Positions 48,309 to 57,834 of a DNA stretch of 64,000 bases are shown here, one piece after another; positions within the stretch are counted from its first letter, which is position 1, and each line of letters begins with the position of its first letter. Origin of the DNA: an uncultured delta proteobacterium (lineage in GTDB: Bacteria > Desulfobacterota > Binatia > Binatales > Binataceae); assembly GCA_963744545.1 (NCBI GenBank), contig CAVUUH010000044.1:135343-199342 (forward strand), given 5' to 3'. Under the pieces are notes generated by a model. The model did not search any database and had not been told where the DNA came from. It saw nothing but the letters and a program-made list of their open reading frames with translations. Made by a program: the position numbers and the translations under genes.

Positions 48309-49178
48309 TCAGGCGCTCTTCTCCGCCGGCCAGAAAACCAGGGCGCGAACCTCGATGCTCTCGCGCGGCGCGGCGTCCGGCCCGCTGGTTGGATCCTCAA
48401 ACGCCGAGTGAGCCGTAAAGCGCGCGCGTCCGTCCTCTTTCGAGTCGTAGCACTTCAGCAGGATCACTTCGTTGCGCTCGAGATGCGGAAAATAGAACCA
48501 TCGATGGTTCGGGTTGTAAGTGAAGCGATAGGTCTCGCCGACTTTGTCGCGGTAGACCAGATCGGACGCAACGAAGTCCTTCGGATCAATCGAGCTGGAA
48601 TCGCAGACAGCGAGCGGCGTCGATTCGATCGGTCCGCGAATCGGGCGCCACACGTTGATTTCCGCAAAACGGTTCTGAAGGCGCTCTTCGGCTTCGGCCG
48701 GCGGCAGGTGATCGCGTACGCGGCGCGGTCCGGACTTGGCGGTGTAATCATTGTGAACCGCCCGGCCATATTCGCGCGCGTTCTTCTCGCCGCGCTTGGC
48801 CAGTTCTGCATTGCGCACCTGATGGTCGAAAACTACGACCTTCTCCGCGCCCGTCGCGTCCTTTAGCAGCCGCTCGACTTCGGGATAGTACGTCGCCTTA
48901 ACTTCATCCTGATCGTAGAAGTCGCGCACCGAGGTCTCCTGATGCGTCAACTGGAAGCCCTGCCGCTCGAGCGACAACTCGCGGACAATTTCCCGCACGT
49001 TTCGAATCGGCACCGTATGCGCGGCGAACTTTCCCGTCGAGCGCGGCGTTCCGACCGGCGGCTCATACGCGTAGTAAACCGGTTTCTCGTTCGATGCCTC
49101 GAGGTAGTTCAACGCCGCTTCGACTGCGGTTCCGGCGCGATTTCCGGCCGCTTCGTGTGATTCGGAAATCCTGTCCAT
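48309..49178 (-). CDS. Conserved hypothetical protein (possibly CmcJ/NvfI-like oxidoreductase family)
   Basis: 289-aa soluble protein, strong coding signal; family assignment from memory only. Confidence 0.4.
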   Translation of the reverse strand: MDRISESHEAAGNRAGTAVEAALNYLEASNEKPVYYAYEPPVGTPRSTGKFAAHTVPIRNVREIVRELSLERQGFQLTHQETSVRDFYDQDEVKATYYPEVERLLKDATGAEKVVVFDHQVRNAELAKRGEKNAREYGRAVHNDYTAKSGPRRVRDHLPPAEAEERLQNRFAEINVWRPIRGPIESTPLAVCDSSSIDPKDFVASDLVYRDKVGETYRFTYNPNHRWFYFPHLERNEVILLKCYDSKEDGRARFTAHSAFEDPTSGPDAAPRESIEVRALVFWPAEKSA

Positions 49179-49405
49179 TAGTGTGAGCCTCCTTAGATAC
49201 TGCTCAATTAATCAATAAGCCAAGTAATTTGATGGACTTAATAGTTTTATAACTCGGAGTCAAGCATCCTCGAGGTCGTCACCCGAAATATTAGATGTTT
49301 CCGCTACTGAATTAGTGAAAACAGTTATCAGTGAATTTATATTATCTGGTAGATTGGATATACGATGATGGCGCCAGAAACCCGGGGATGAACGGCTAAA
49401 CCCTG

Positions 49406-49864
49406 ATGATCTCCCAGAAATCGAAATATGCGCTAAAGGCGCTTATCGTGCTCGCCGAGGAGTACGGTAAGGGCCCGATTCTCATCGCGGATATTGCAGA
49501 GCGGGAAAATATTCCGCGTAGTTTCCTGGAACTCATTCTCCTGGAGCTGAAGAACCATCGCTTTCTGGACAGCCGGAAGGGACGCGGCGGCGGTTACTTC
49601 CTCGCGAAGCCTCCCACGCTGATCTCCGCCGGACAGGTGTTGCGCGCGATCGAAGGACCGCTCGCGCCGCTGCCGTGCGCGAGCAAGACGGCATACCGAA
49701 GATGCGAGGAGTGTCACGACGAGCGCACCTGCGCGGTCCGGCTTCTCATGTGCGATGTGCGCGAGGCGACGGCGCGGATTCTCGACTCGACGACGCTGGC
49801 CGACCTGCTCAATCGCTCGCAGCTCGCGACGCACGGACCCGAAGTCCTCGACTTTTCCATCTAA
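49406..49864 (+). CDS. Rrf2-family transcriptional regulator (Fe-S cluster type, IscR/CymR-like)
   Basis: N-terminal wHTH SKYALKALIVLAEEYGKGPILIADIAERENIPRSFLELILLELK; Cys cluster PCASKTAYRRCEECHDERTCAV. Confidence 0.85.
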   Translation: MISQKSKYALKALIVLAEEYGKGPILIADIAERENIPRSFLELILLELKNHRFLDSRKGRGGGYFLAKPPTLISAGQVLRAIEGPLAPLPCASKTAYRRCEECHDERTCAVRLLMCDVREATARILDSTTLADLLNRSQLATHGPEVLDFSI

Positions 49865-50316
49865 GCTTCCCACGATGAACGCTTCTCCGCGTAGCGAGTG
49901 CTGCGTACGCGCTGGTGCCGTCCGACGGATCGCAACTGCTTCATCGGCAGTACGTGAGGTTGCACGATGCGCAGTTGCTTTCGAAACGACCCCGGCTCGA
50001 GTTCGAGCACCTCGCATACGTACTCGAAGGAAAAAGGAACGACCCCGGTTCTTGCTTCGAACCATCGCGCGACTTCCGTAAATTCGACACGGTCCCGGCG
50101 CCGGCACGAATCGCGCAGTCGCACATAGGTGCGGACTGCATCCTCGAGCACGGCGAAAACCAGCCGTGTCTCGCCGTCGAGAAACGCGCTGCGGCGAATT
50201 AAATCATAGAACTGAACCGGGACCACGAAGTCCGTCTCAAATCCGTGAACGGACAGCGAGCGCTGGCTGTCGAAATGCGCGGGGTTCTGGCTGCGGGCTT
50301 CAAGGCTTGAGGTCAT
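49861..50316 (-). CDS. Hypothetical protein
   Basis: 151-aa ORF with genome-typical codon bias; no recognised domain. Confidence 0.4.
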   Translation of the reverse strand: MTSSLEARSQNPAHFDSQRSLSVHGFETDFVVPVQFYDLIRRSAFLDGETRLVFAVLEDAVRTYVRLRDSCRRRDRVEFTEVARWFEARTGVVPFSFEYVCEVLELEPGSFRKQLRIVQPHVLPMKQLRSVGRHQRVRSTRYAEKRSSWEA

Positions 50317-50728
50317 CTTTCAGTCCTTTCGTGGATCGTTCTTGATGGGGCTGGGCCGATGTTGCAATCTTCCTTTCGAGGTCGAACCTGGTTGCCGACG
50401 GGTAACAGCCGAAATGAAAAACTTTCTCGCCAGTTGGCGCTTCGGAGACTGTGCGTACTCGGGCGAGCTCGTCGCCTGAAGATTTTACGCCTCGCGGTTC
50501 ATCGCGATCCGCGGAGGTCTCGAGCTGGTGGTCGTCGAGCTCGTAGCGCGGCGGGTCGAAAATTGTGGCGACTCGCGCAAACTCCGAGAGGCTATCAAAC
50601 GAAGATGCCTCCGGCTCCGCTGGCGCGAACGCAATAAAACGACGACGACGTTTGCCTTTGTGAAACAGGTCAATCACCTCCTGCTGCGCGGCCTGAGTCG
50701 GATAGGTTAACTGGGGATTTGGTTGCAC
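50300..50728 (-). CDS. Hypothetical protein
   Basis: 142-aa ORF overlapping downstream ORF by 17 nt; no recognised domain. Confidence 0.35.
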   Translation of the reverse strand: MQPNPQLTYPTQAAQQEVIDLFHKGKRRRRFIAFAPAEPEASSFDSLSEFARVATIFDPPRYELDDHQLETSADRDEPRGVKSSGDELARVRTVSEAPTGEKVFHFGCYPSATRFDLERKIATSAQPHQERSTKGLKDDLKP

Positions 50729-50943
50729 GGAATATCCATTTAGTCAATGGGATTACTCAACTGATGTGCCAGAGTACTCAAAGGAAAGATTTGAAGCAAA
50801 CCGAAGGGCTGATTTTCTACTAAGCGGGCGGCAAGTGACGGAGGAAGAGGGCCGGCTATACGCCATCATTACCGGGTTGGCTGGATCCCGTGGTCACCGT
50901 GGCTCTTCACATAGGACTGCGTAGCCTCTCGTAAACCGGTGTG

Positions 50944-50977
50944 CTACTCTTCCTCCTACCACTGGTAGGAAGAGTAG
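50944..50977. promoter_or_regulatory. Near-perfect 34-bp palindrome immediately upstream of antitoxin start (candidate TA operator)
   Basis: ctactcttcctcctaccactggtaggaagagtag ends 4 nt before ATG at 50982. Confidence 0.5.
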
Positions 50978-50981
50978 AAGC

Positions 50982-51206
50982 ATGGGCGCTGCAAAACTTT
51001 CCGTATCGCTTCCGCGCGCGCTGGCGGGGTTTGTCGAAAATTACCGGAAAAAGCGTGGTTTGAAGAGCCGATCTCAAGTCTTCGAGGAAGCTATCAAGCT
51101 GCTTCGCAACCGAGAATTGGAGGCGGCGTACCGCGAGGCCAACTCGGAAATCGATGAGGTTTGGGACAACGCTATCTCCGACGGGCTGTCCGATGAGACG
51201 TGGTGA
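50982..51206 (+). CDS. CopG/RHH-family antitoxin (MazE/PemI functional analogue)
   Basis: KLSVSLPRALAGFVENYRKKRGLKSRSQVFEEAIKLL RHH fold; overlaps toxin start. Confidence 0.75.
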   Translation: MGAAKLSVSLPRALAGFVENYRKKRGLKSRSQVFEEAIKLLRNRELEAAYREANSEIDEVWDNAISDGLSDETW

Positions 51207-51528
51207 AATCTATTTCGCAGATCTGAGCCCCGTTACCGGCACGGAGATCGGTAAACGCCGTTCGGTCCTTATCGTAAGCAACGAAGCGAACAATCAGGCC
51301 GCAAATACCGTAACCGTCTTGCCGCTCACGTCCAATATCAGCCGAATCTATCCTTTCGAAATTGCGTTGTCTCCGAAGGACAGTGGCTTGCCCAGATCGT
51401 CGAAGGCTCTCGCGCAGCAAATCCGCACTATCTCCAAGGAACGCATTCAAGGTAAAGCGCTTGGCTCCTTGAGCGTCGCGCTGATGCGTAAAGCAGCGGA
51501 CGCTATGCGTCTTCACCTCGACCTCTAG
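51193..51528 (+). CDS. MazF/PemK-family endoribonuclease toxin
   Basis: MRRGEIYFADLSPVTGTEIGKRRSVLIVS...VTVLPLTS; ATG embedded in antitoxin 3' end. Confidence 0.8.
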   Translation: MRRGEIYFADLSPVTGTEIGKRRSVLIVSNEANNQAANTVTVLPLTSNISRIYPFEIALSPKDSGLPRSSKALAQQIRTISKERIQGKALGSLSVALMRKAADAMRLHLDL

Positions 51529-51549
51529 TGTCAGTTCTGCCACCAGCGA

Positions 51550-52209
51550 TCAAATTTGCTTGCCCCATGTATCGACGTACGTAAGCTGCTCAACTGGACG
51601 CCTTATCAGCGGGCCGTGGCCGCGGCCGACTGGGTAGCCGATCGGAATCGCGGCGGCGGTGTACCATGGGTCGGGAATCGACAACAGCTTGCGCACTTCC
51701 GGCTCGCATTCGCATAGCAGCGTTGTCAGTACGCATCCGAGTCCTTCGGCGCGGCATGCGAGCAACAGGTTCTCGACCGCAGTATAAACCGAACCACCGC
51801 CGACCACTGAGACGCGCTCCTGCTTCGAATCGGTGATCGCCATATTTTTCGGATTGAAGCAGAACATCGCTGTCACCGGCGTCTCGCCGAAATGCGCGCC
51901 CAGGTAATCGCCGGCCGCCAGCGTGCGCTCGGCTCGCGCACGCACTTCCGCTGGTGCGCTCGCGGGGATCGCGCCGCGATACTGCTTCGAGTACGCGATC
52001 CATCGCTCGTTGTAGAGCTTGCCGAGCGGCTCTTTGAGCGCACGATCTTTCAGGACGACTATCCGCCATGGCTGGACGTTGCCGCCGGTCGGCGCCCAGG
52101 TTGCCGCTTCGAGCACGCGATGCAGCACGTCGTCCGGTATCGGGTCGGGCCGCAGCCGCCTGACGGCGCGCAACGTTCGCATCGCCTCGTAGATTCCCAT
52201 CTCGGCCAT
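51550..52209 (-). CDS. Nitroreductase-family protein
   Basis: RAVRRL...APTGGNVQPWRIVVL FMN-binding N-terminus. Confidence 0.85.
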   Translation of the reverse strand: MAEMGIYEAMRTLRAVRRLRPDPIPDDVLHRVLEAATWAPTGGNVQPWRIVVLKDRALKEPLGKLYNERWIAYSKQYRGAIPASAPAEVRARAERTLAAGDYLGAHFGETPVTAMFCFNPKNMAITDSKQERVSVVGGGSVYTAVENLLLACRAEGLGCVLTTLLCECEPEVRKLLSIPDPWYTAAAIPIGYPVGRGHGPLIRRPVEQLTYVDTWGKQI

Positions 52210-52279
52210 GGTGGTCGTCCTCCTTCTCGAAGTGAAACTCGCGCGGCCCTCGCGCGTCTAATCTATAGAAGGAAAGAAG

Positions 52280-52576
52280 ATGAATAGAAATATCGCAATG
52301 ACTCTCTGTGGTCTTGCGGCCATCATGCTCGATTTCGTCGTAGTCGGATCGATCGTCGGATCCCTGCTGCTCACTCGCTGGATTGGTTTTGGATCGATTC
52401 TGGACCTTCTGACCGTTTTGAGCGTCATTTTTGTTGCGGCCGCGTGTTTTTACGGAAGAGGATTTGCCGAATTTTTCAACGCTCATGATGACCAAAAGCC
52501 GAGTGCGGTCGTCGATTTTGTTAGCGTCGTACCGGTGAGAATTAAGTCGAGCTCCCGCAGAATCGACTTACGCTAG
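52280..52576 (+). CDS. Small membrane protein, hypothetical
   Basis: Three predicted TM helices; no homology recognised. Confidence 0.3.
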   Translation: MNRNIAMTLCGLAAIMLDFVVVGSIVGSLLLTRWIGFGSILDLLTVLSVIFVAAACFYGRGFAEFFNAHDDQKPSAVVDFVSVVPVRIKSSSRRIDLR

Positions 52577-52587
52577 AGCCTTCCAAC

Positions 52588-54051
52588 TCAGCCGGGCGCG
52601 TCAAGTGCGCGCTTGCGCAAATTAAGGTGTCTCCGCCAGCTCAGGCGCGGTATTTCTCTATCGGGCTTCGCGGCCGCTATCTCGTCGCGTCTGATGAGGT
52701 AGAGCAGCGGACTCGTCGCCAGAGTGGTTACCAACGACATGATGACCAGCATCGCGAAAACCCGCGGGTTGATGACTCTCAACTGCAGGCCGATGTTGAG
52801 CACAATCAACTCCGCCATTCCGCGCGTGTTCATCAGCACACCAAGCGCCGATGCGTCGCGCCATCCGAGCCCGGTCAGCCGCGCAGCTACGAAGCTGCCA
52901 CCGAACTTGCCGATCGACGCAACGGCAATCGTCAGGCCACATAGCATCCAGGCCTCGGTCCCGCTCACCAGACCGATTCGGGTGCGAAGGCCGGTCAATG
53001 CAAAGAACGTCGGGAGCAGCAGCACCACGAGCACGTCTTCAAGCCGGTCCGTCATGTCGTGCGCAAGTTTGCTGTCGGAGGGAATGATCGCGCCGAGCGC
53101 GAACGCACCGAACATCGCATGGATGCCGATGAGATCCGTCGCGAGCGCCGAGAGCATCAGCAGGACAAAGACGATCGCCATCATCCCCTGCGTCAGGCGG
53201 CCGGCATTTTCCTGGTGCACCGTCAGTCGAGCTACCGTGGGCCTGACCAGCACAATCATGAACGCGATGTAGGCGATCGCCATTGCCGCCGTGATAAGGC
53301 TACCTGTCCCGTGCGCCTCGACCACGCCGACGACCACTGCAAGCAAGCACCACGCGGTGACGTCATCTACCGCGGCACAAGTTAGCGCCGTGATCCCCAG
53401 CGGCGTCTTGTTGATCCCAAGGTCAGTCAAAATCCGCGACAAAACAGGAAAGGCGGTCACCGACATCGAGACACCGATGAACAGCGAGAAACCGGTAAAC
53501 GGAATGCCGGCTGCGGCGACCTGCGGATATAGCACTAGGGCAAGCAGGCTGCCGAGCAGGAATGGCGTGACGATGCTGGCATGTGAGATCGCGACTGCGG
53601 TCTCCCCGCGCTTGGCAACCATTCCCTGGTCGAGTTCGAGACCGACCAGGAACATATAGAGGATGATTCCGAGTTGCGCGAGCACGTCCAGAAATGGCGC
53701 GACCGTCGGCGGCAGAATATATGCGAAAGCGGCGGGCCAGACACGTCCCAACAGTGAAGGACCGAGCATGATGCCCGACACGATCTCGCCCACTACTGCC
53801 GGCTGGCCGAGGAACCGAAACAGCATTCCGCCCGCGCGCGCAACCGCGATGATTACCGCTAGCGCCACCAGGATGTGGAGCATCACGTCGGCATCATGGC
53901 CCCCCGCGGGTCCGCCTGCTACGCCAAGATCGGCGGGCGCGCGCATAGGCGTCGGCAGCTGATCGCCGTAATGGCGGATAAGCAAGTAGATAAAAACAGC
54001 TGCGCTGAGCAATCCTCCGTAGAGGACGGCCTCGCGCGCAGCGCGATTCAC
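52588..54051 (-). CDS. Cation:proton antiporter (CPA2 / Kef-NapA-like)
   Basis: 12-13 TM; motifs AGGMLFRFLGQPAVVGEIVSGIMLGPS and SALGVLMNTRGMAELIVL. Confidence 0.85.
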   Translation of the reverse strand: MNRAAREAVLYGGLLSAAVFIYLLIRHYGDQLPTPMRAPADLGVAGGPAGGHDADVMLHILVALAVIIAVARAGGMLFRFLGQPAVVGEIVSGIMLGPSLLGRVWPAAFAYILPPTVAPFLDVLAQLGIILYMFLVGLELDQGMVAKRGETAVAISHASIVTPFLLGSLLALVLYPQVAAAGIPFTGFSLFIGVSMSVTAFPVLSRILTDLGINKTPLGITALTCAAVDDVTAWCLLAVVVGVVEAHGTGSLITAAMAIAYIAFMIVLVRPTVARLTVHQENAGRLTQGMMAIVFVLLMLSALATDLIGIHAMFGAFALGAIIPSDSKLAHDMTDRLEDVLVVLLLPTFFALTGLRTRIGLVSGTEAWMLCGLTIAVASIGKFGGSFVAARLTGLGWRDASALGVLMNTRGMAELIVLNIGLQLRVINPRVFAMLVIMSLVTTLATSPLLYLIRRDEIAAAKPDREIPRLSWRRHLNLRKRALDAPG

Positions 54052-54157
54052 TGCGCGTTCACCGCGGGCGTCTGCCGGGATGTCATGCGGGCAAGGTAGC
54101 AGATACTACTGCCGGGCGAAATTCCCGCCTTCGGCTAAGGTCGATGCTGCCCTGGGT

Positions 54158-55018
54158 TCATCCCGCTCGCAAGACTCCGATTGCCGCGAAGGCGAACAGC
54201 GCAACGTCCATCGACGCGTGCGCGATGATCGACGCTTCCAGCCCGCGCCGCAAATAGAGGCGTCCGAATACCACGCCCTCCCACGTCTGCGGCATCACCA
54301 GCGCGCCGAGCAGAAGTTTCGGCGTGCTATGGAACATCGTCCCGGCCAGCGGCACCAGGTGAATCAAGCCGAACAGGTAACCCTGCACGATGGTCACAAC
54401 CCACAGCGCGCGGCGTCCCGGATGGCCTCGCGAGTCGCGTGACATCAGCCGCGCGATCCATCCGAAGATGGCGTAGAGCACAAATCGAAACTGGATTTCT
54501 TCGCTGACTGCCGCCGCGATCGCGACCGACGCTCCGACGAACGCGATCCGGCCGGGCGCCACCGTCATCATCGGCGTATTCGGCAACTTGAGGCCGGCGG
54601 CGCCGCGCTGAATCAACACCAGCGGCACAATCACGAGCGCCAGCACGCTCGCGCCGGCGAGGGCAGCCAGGAATGCGTAGCCGATCGAGACGCGGAGCAG
54701 GCTGCGAATCGAGAAGTGTAATTTCTCGCCCGCGAGCTTTGCCGCGATCAACGGTGCAGCAGGCAATCCGAGCTCGGCGCTGAGTCGAAGCGATAACGGT
54801 ATCAACGCCGCCATCACGACCGTGACGCCGAGGAACGGCAGCGCGCGCACCAGGTCCGATCGGTCGATGGATTTGAGCGCGAAGGCGAGCGGATACTCGA
54901 TCACCGCGCCTGCAATCGCCAGCGACGCGAGCAGCGCCGCTTCGCGACGTCTCGCCACTCGAGCCGACGCCGTCGGAATCGTCGGCGCGTCCGAGGTAAC
55001 TGCCTCCAGCTCGCTCAC
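54158..55018 (-). CDS. CPBP-family intramembrane metalloprotease (CAAX protease/Abi)
   Basis: Motifs SEEIQFRFVLY, FGLIHL, SIIAHASMD; GTG start proposed (long upstream part of ORF is antisense junk). Confidence 0.65.
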   Translation of the reverse strand: MSELEAVTSDAPTIPTASARVARRREAALLASLAIAGAVIEYPLAFALKSIDRSDLVRALPFLGVTVVMAALIPLSLRLSAELGLPAAPLIAAKLAGEKLHFSIRSLLRVSIGYAFLAALAGASVLALVIVPLVLIQRGAAGLKLPNTPMMTVAPGRIAFVGASVAIAAAVSEEIQFRFVLYAIFGWIARLMSRDSRGHPGRRALWVVTIVQGYLFGLIHLVPLAGTMFHSTPKLLLGALVMPQTWEGVVFGRLYLRRGLEASIIAHASMDVALFAFAAIGVLRAG

Positions 55019-55840
55019 TTTATCGTCGGGATGAATTCGGGGACGTCCTTCGACGGCTTCATCTTCCACTTGGGCTTGCGCTTCTCGACGAACGCGCTCA
55101 CGCCCTCGTACGCGTCGGGCTGTTTGCCCGCCCACACGAACGCGCGAGTATCTTCCTTCTGCGCTTTCTCCGCCTCCGGTTCGGCGAGCAGCGCGTAAAT
55201 CATCCGCTTGGTGATCGCAACCGACACCGGCGCGGTGTTTTGCGCGATGTCGAGCGCCATCTCCCGCACCTTCGGCATGAACTCCGCGTCGGGCCAGACG
55301 TGACTCACGATTCCGAACTCGAGCGCCTCGCGCGCGGTGATGATCCGTCCGGTCATCAGCAGTTCGTTGGCCTTGGCCACTCCGATCATTCGCGGGACAG
55401 TCCACAGGCTGAGCGCTTCCGGCACCACGCCGCGGCGCACGAACACGAATCCGATTCGCGCGCTCTCGGCCGCGACGCGGATGTCCCATTGCATCGGCAG
55501 CGTGATTCCCATTCCGACCGCCGGCCCATTGATCGCCGCGATGATCGGTTTGCGGACGTTCCACGGCCGAATCGCGAGTGCCGGACGTTCGCGACGCTCC
55601 GCACGCGCGTCAGCATCGAAGGTGTTGCCGCCGCTCGACAGATCCGCGCCGGCGCTGAACGCGCGGCCCGCGCCGGTGACGACGATCACGCGCACGTCGT
55701 CATCCTTGTCGTACTCGGCGAACGACGCGTAGAGATCCGCGGCCATCGTGCCCGAGAAAGCGTTCAGTTTCTCGGGGCGATTGAGCGTGACGGTCGCGAC
55801 GCCGTCTTTGACTTCCTTCAGAATATGTTCGTTGGCCATG
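55015..55840 (-). CDS. Enoyl-CoA hydratase/isomerase (crotonase) family protein
   Basis: Start refined to MANEHIL with AAGGAG RBS; oxyanion motifs VVTGAGRAFSAGADL and AAINGPAVGMG. Confidence 0.85.
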
Positions 55841-55881
55841 TGCATTGCTCCTTGGTGGGAAGGGTAAATCACTAATTAAAT

Positions 55882-56062
55882 GTGAAACCCGCCGTGGGTT
55901 TCACACTTCCTTGGGCATGGGTGACCCCTGCACCCATTGCAAGAGAAGATGCGGGACCTTGTCCCTGTTAGAAGTTTTGGATGTGAAGCCGTGATCGCAT
56001 CCTCACTTATTACTGGGTGCAGGGGTCACCCCTGCCGCGGGCGCGGGGCGCGAAGCCCCGCA
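55882..56062. repeat. REP-like element family 2, extended copy with inverted second hairpin and terminal GC hairpin
   Basis: gtgaaacccgccgtgggtttcac...gggtgacccctgcaccc...gggtgcaggggtcacccctgcc...gcggggcgcgaagccccgc. Confidence 0.7.
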
Positions 56063-56070
56063 TAAAATTC

Positions 56071-56886
56071 CTATTGCTTCTTCGGGTCCGCGTTTAGCGT
56101 TTCCGCGAACGCCATCATCTGAACGATCTGCTCTCGCACCTGCTCGGGATTGTTTCCCGCAGCTTTGTCCAGGTCGCCGATCTCTTCGGGGACGTACCAA
56201 TGCAGCTTGTCGGAGTTGTAGGCCTCCCAAACGATCTTGGCGACTTCTATCGGCTGAATGAGCCGGAACATTCCTTCTTTCGGCGCGCGGTCGGCCGTGC
56301 CAGGCGGCAGTATCGCGGTGTCGATCAGGCCCGGCAGGGTGTCTGCCGCGCGCACGCCGTAACGGCGGAACTCGATCGAGAGCGCCTCGGTCAATCCCTT
56401 CACCGCGTGTTTGGTGGCGGAGTAGACCGCGATCCCGGGCATCCCGTAGGTCGCGGATGAGGACGAGGTGGTGAAGCAGAGCGAGCCCGGCGTCGCCTTC
56501 AGCAGGCCGATTGCCGAATGAATCCCGTTGAGCACGCCGATGAAGTTCACGCGCACGACGCGCAGGATGTCCTCGAACGGCTGCTCGTCGAAGAAACCGC
56601 CGACGCCGATACCGGCATTGTTGTACAGGATGTCCATTTTGCCGCCGGTGGCGGCGCCGAACTCGGCGAGCGCTTTCTCGTAGTCGGTCTTGTCGGTGAC
56701 GTCGAGCTTGCGCACGACGCAGTTGTCGGCGCCCAGTTCCTTTTCGAGCGCGCTGAGTCCGTCGGCGTTGACGTCGTAGCCGCCGATGAACCATCCCTTT
56801 TGGCGGAAGAGGCGCGCGGTCTCGCGGCCCATCCCGGATGCGGCGCCGGTGATAAAGATCGATTTGCGGCCGTTGGCAGTTCCCAT
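56071..56886 (-). CDS. SDR-family oxidoreductase
   Basis: ITGAASGMGRETA, NNAG, YSATKHAVKG (YxxxK). Confidence 0.85.
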   Translation of the reverse strand: MGTANGRKSIFITGAASGMGRETARLFRQKGWFIGGYDVNADGLSALEKELGADNCVVRKLDVTDKTDYEKALAEFGAATGGKMDILYNNAGIGVGGFFDEQPFEDILRVVRVNFIGVLNGIHSAIGLLKATPGSLCFTTSSSSATYGMPGIAVYSATKHAVKGLTEALSIEFRRYGVRAADTLPGLIDTAILPPGTADRAPKEGMFRLIQPIEVAKIVWEAYNSDKLHWYVPEEIGDLDKAAGNNPEQVREQIVQMMAFAETLNADPKKQ

Positions 56887-56949
56887 AGAATTCTCCCCGA
56901 TGCGGTTACTTCAGGATCGAACATAGTCGAATCGTGAGGCGGCTGGCGA

Positions 56950-57195
56950 ATGGAATGCTTCGTCTACGTTCTCGGTAGTTGCGGCCCTGACGGGTATCGG
57001 ACGTACGTCGGATGGACCAACGATCTCGAGCGACGCATCGCGCGTCACAATGCGGGCACAGGCGCCCGATCGACGCGCGGCCGCGTATGGTTTTTGCTGT
57101 ACGCAGAGCGGCACGACTCTCGCGAAGAGGCGATGAGCCGCGAGTGGCATTTGAAAAGGAATCGGGGGTTCCGGAAAAGATTGCTGGTTGAGTAG
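56950..57195 (+). CDS. GIY-YIG nuclease-family small protein
   Basis: CFVYVL...YVGWTNDLERRIARHN GIY-YIG core. Confidence 0.75.
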   Translation: MECFVYVLGSCGPDGYRTYVGWTNDLERRIARHNAGTGARSTRGRVWFLLYAERHDSREEAMSREWHLKRNRGFRKRLLVE

Positions 57196-57337
57196 AGAGG
57201 CGTCAAAGAAAAAGATCGCAGCGACTCGGCGTTGTGTGCTCTAAGTGCGAGGTAGAAGTGTTGTGCGTCGAGAAAGATCCGGGGTCCCTCGACTGCGCTC
57301 GGGATGACACAAGAATAAGACAATGACCGGGAGCTTC

Positions 57338-57820
57338 TTACTTCTTGAAATCGATTGGCTGCGCGCAGGCGGTGCCGGCGGCGTTGTAGGCGAAGACCAT
57401 TTCGCCGCCTAGGTCTGCGCCGGCGGCGATTAGGGCCATCAGTGCTATCAGGCCGGCCAGGAATAAGATACGGGCTCGGGTTGGCATTGGGCGTGATGCT
57501 AGTGCCCAGGCTGTTAGCAAGCCGGTTAGGATCGAAGCGGCTAACATCAGGTGTTGGTGGTGAGTTAGAAGTTCATTGCGGACTGATTCTGAGATCATCA
57601 GGCCGGGTGCCGCGTAGAAGCCGCTAGTCAGGGCTGCGGCTGCGCTCAGAGCCGCTAGTATCAGCATCCAGAGGGCGGTCCATTGAAGTTTTTCGCTGGC
57701 GGTTATCCATGCGAGGAAATACATCAGCGACGCGCCGTAGATGAAGGCGATGGGGAAGTGCACTATCAGGGGATGGTAGTTTTGTAGCTGCGATGCGCCT
57801 GGCAGGATGCGGTCTAGCAC
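57338..57820 (-). CDS. DUF2231-like membrane protein
   Basis: HPLIVHFPIAF motif and 4 TM; GTG start proposed (upstream part of ORF is antisense of neighbouring gene). Confidence 0.55.
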   Translation of the reverse strand: MLDRILPGASQLQNYHPLIVHFPIAFIYGASLMYFLAWITASEKLQWTALWMLILAALSAAAALTSGFYAAPGLMISESVRNELLTHHQHLMLAASILTGLLTAWALASRPMPTRARILFLAGLIALMALIAAGADLGGEMVFAYNAAGTACAQPIDFKK

Positions 57821-57834
57821 AGGCTCGACCGCTG

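Noticed and set aside
54158-55564. Long N-terminal extension of the CPBP protease ORF (about 180 aa of Arg/Gly-rich sequence)
   Set aside because: Overlaps the enoyl-CoA hydratase gene on the same strand in another frame and has junk composition; protease start placed at an internal GTG.
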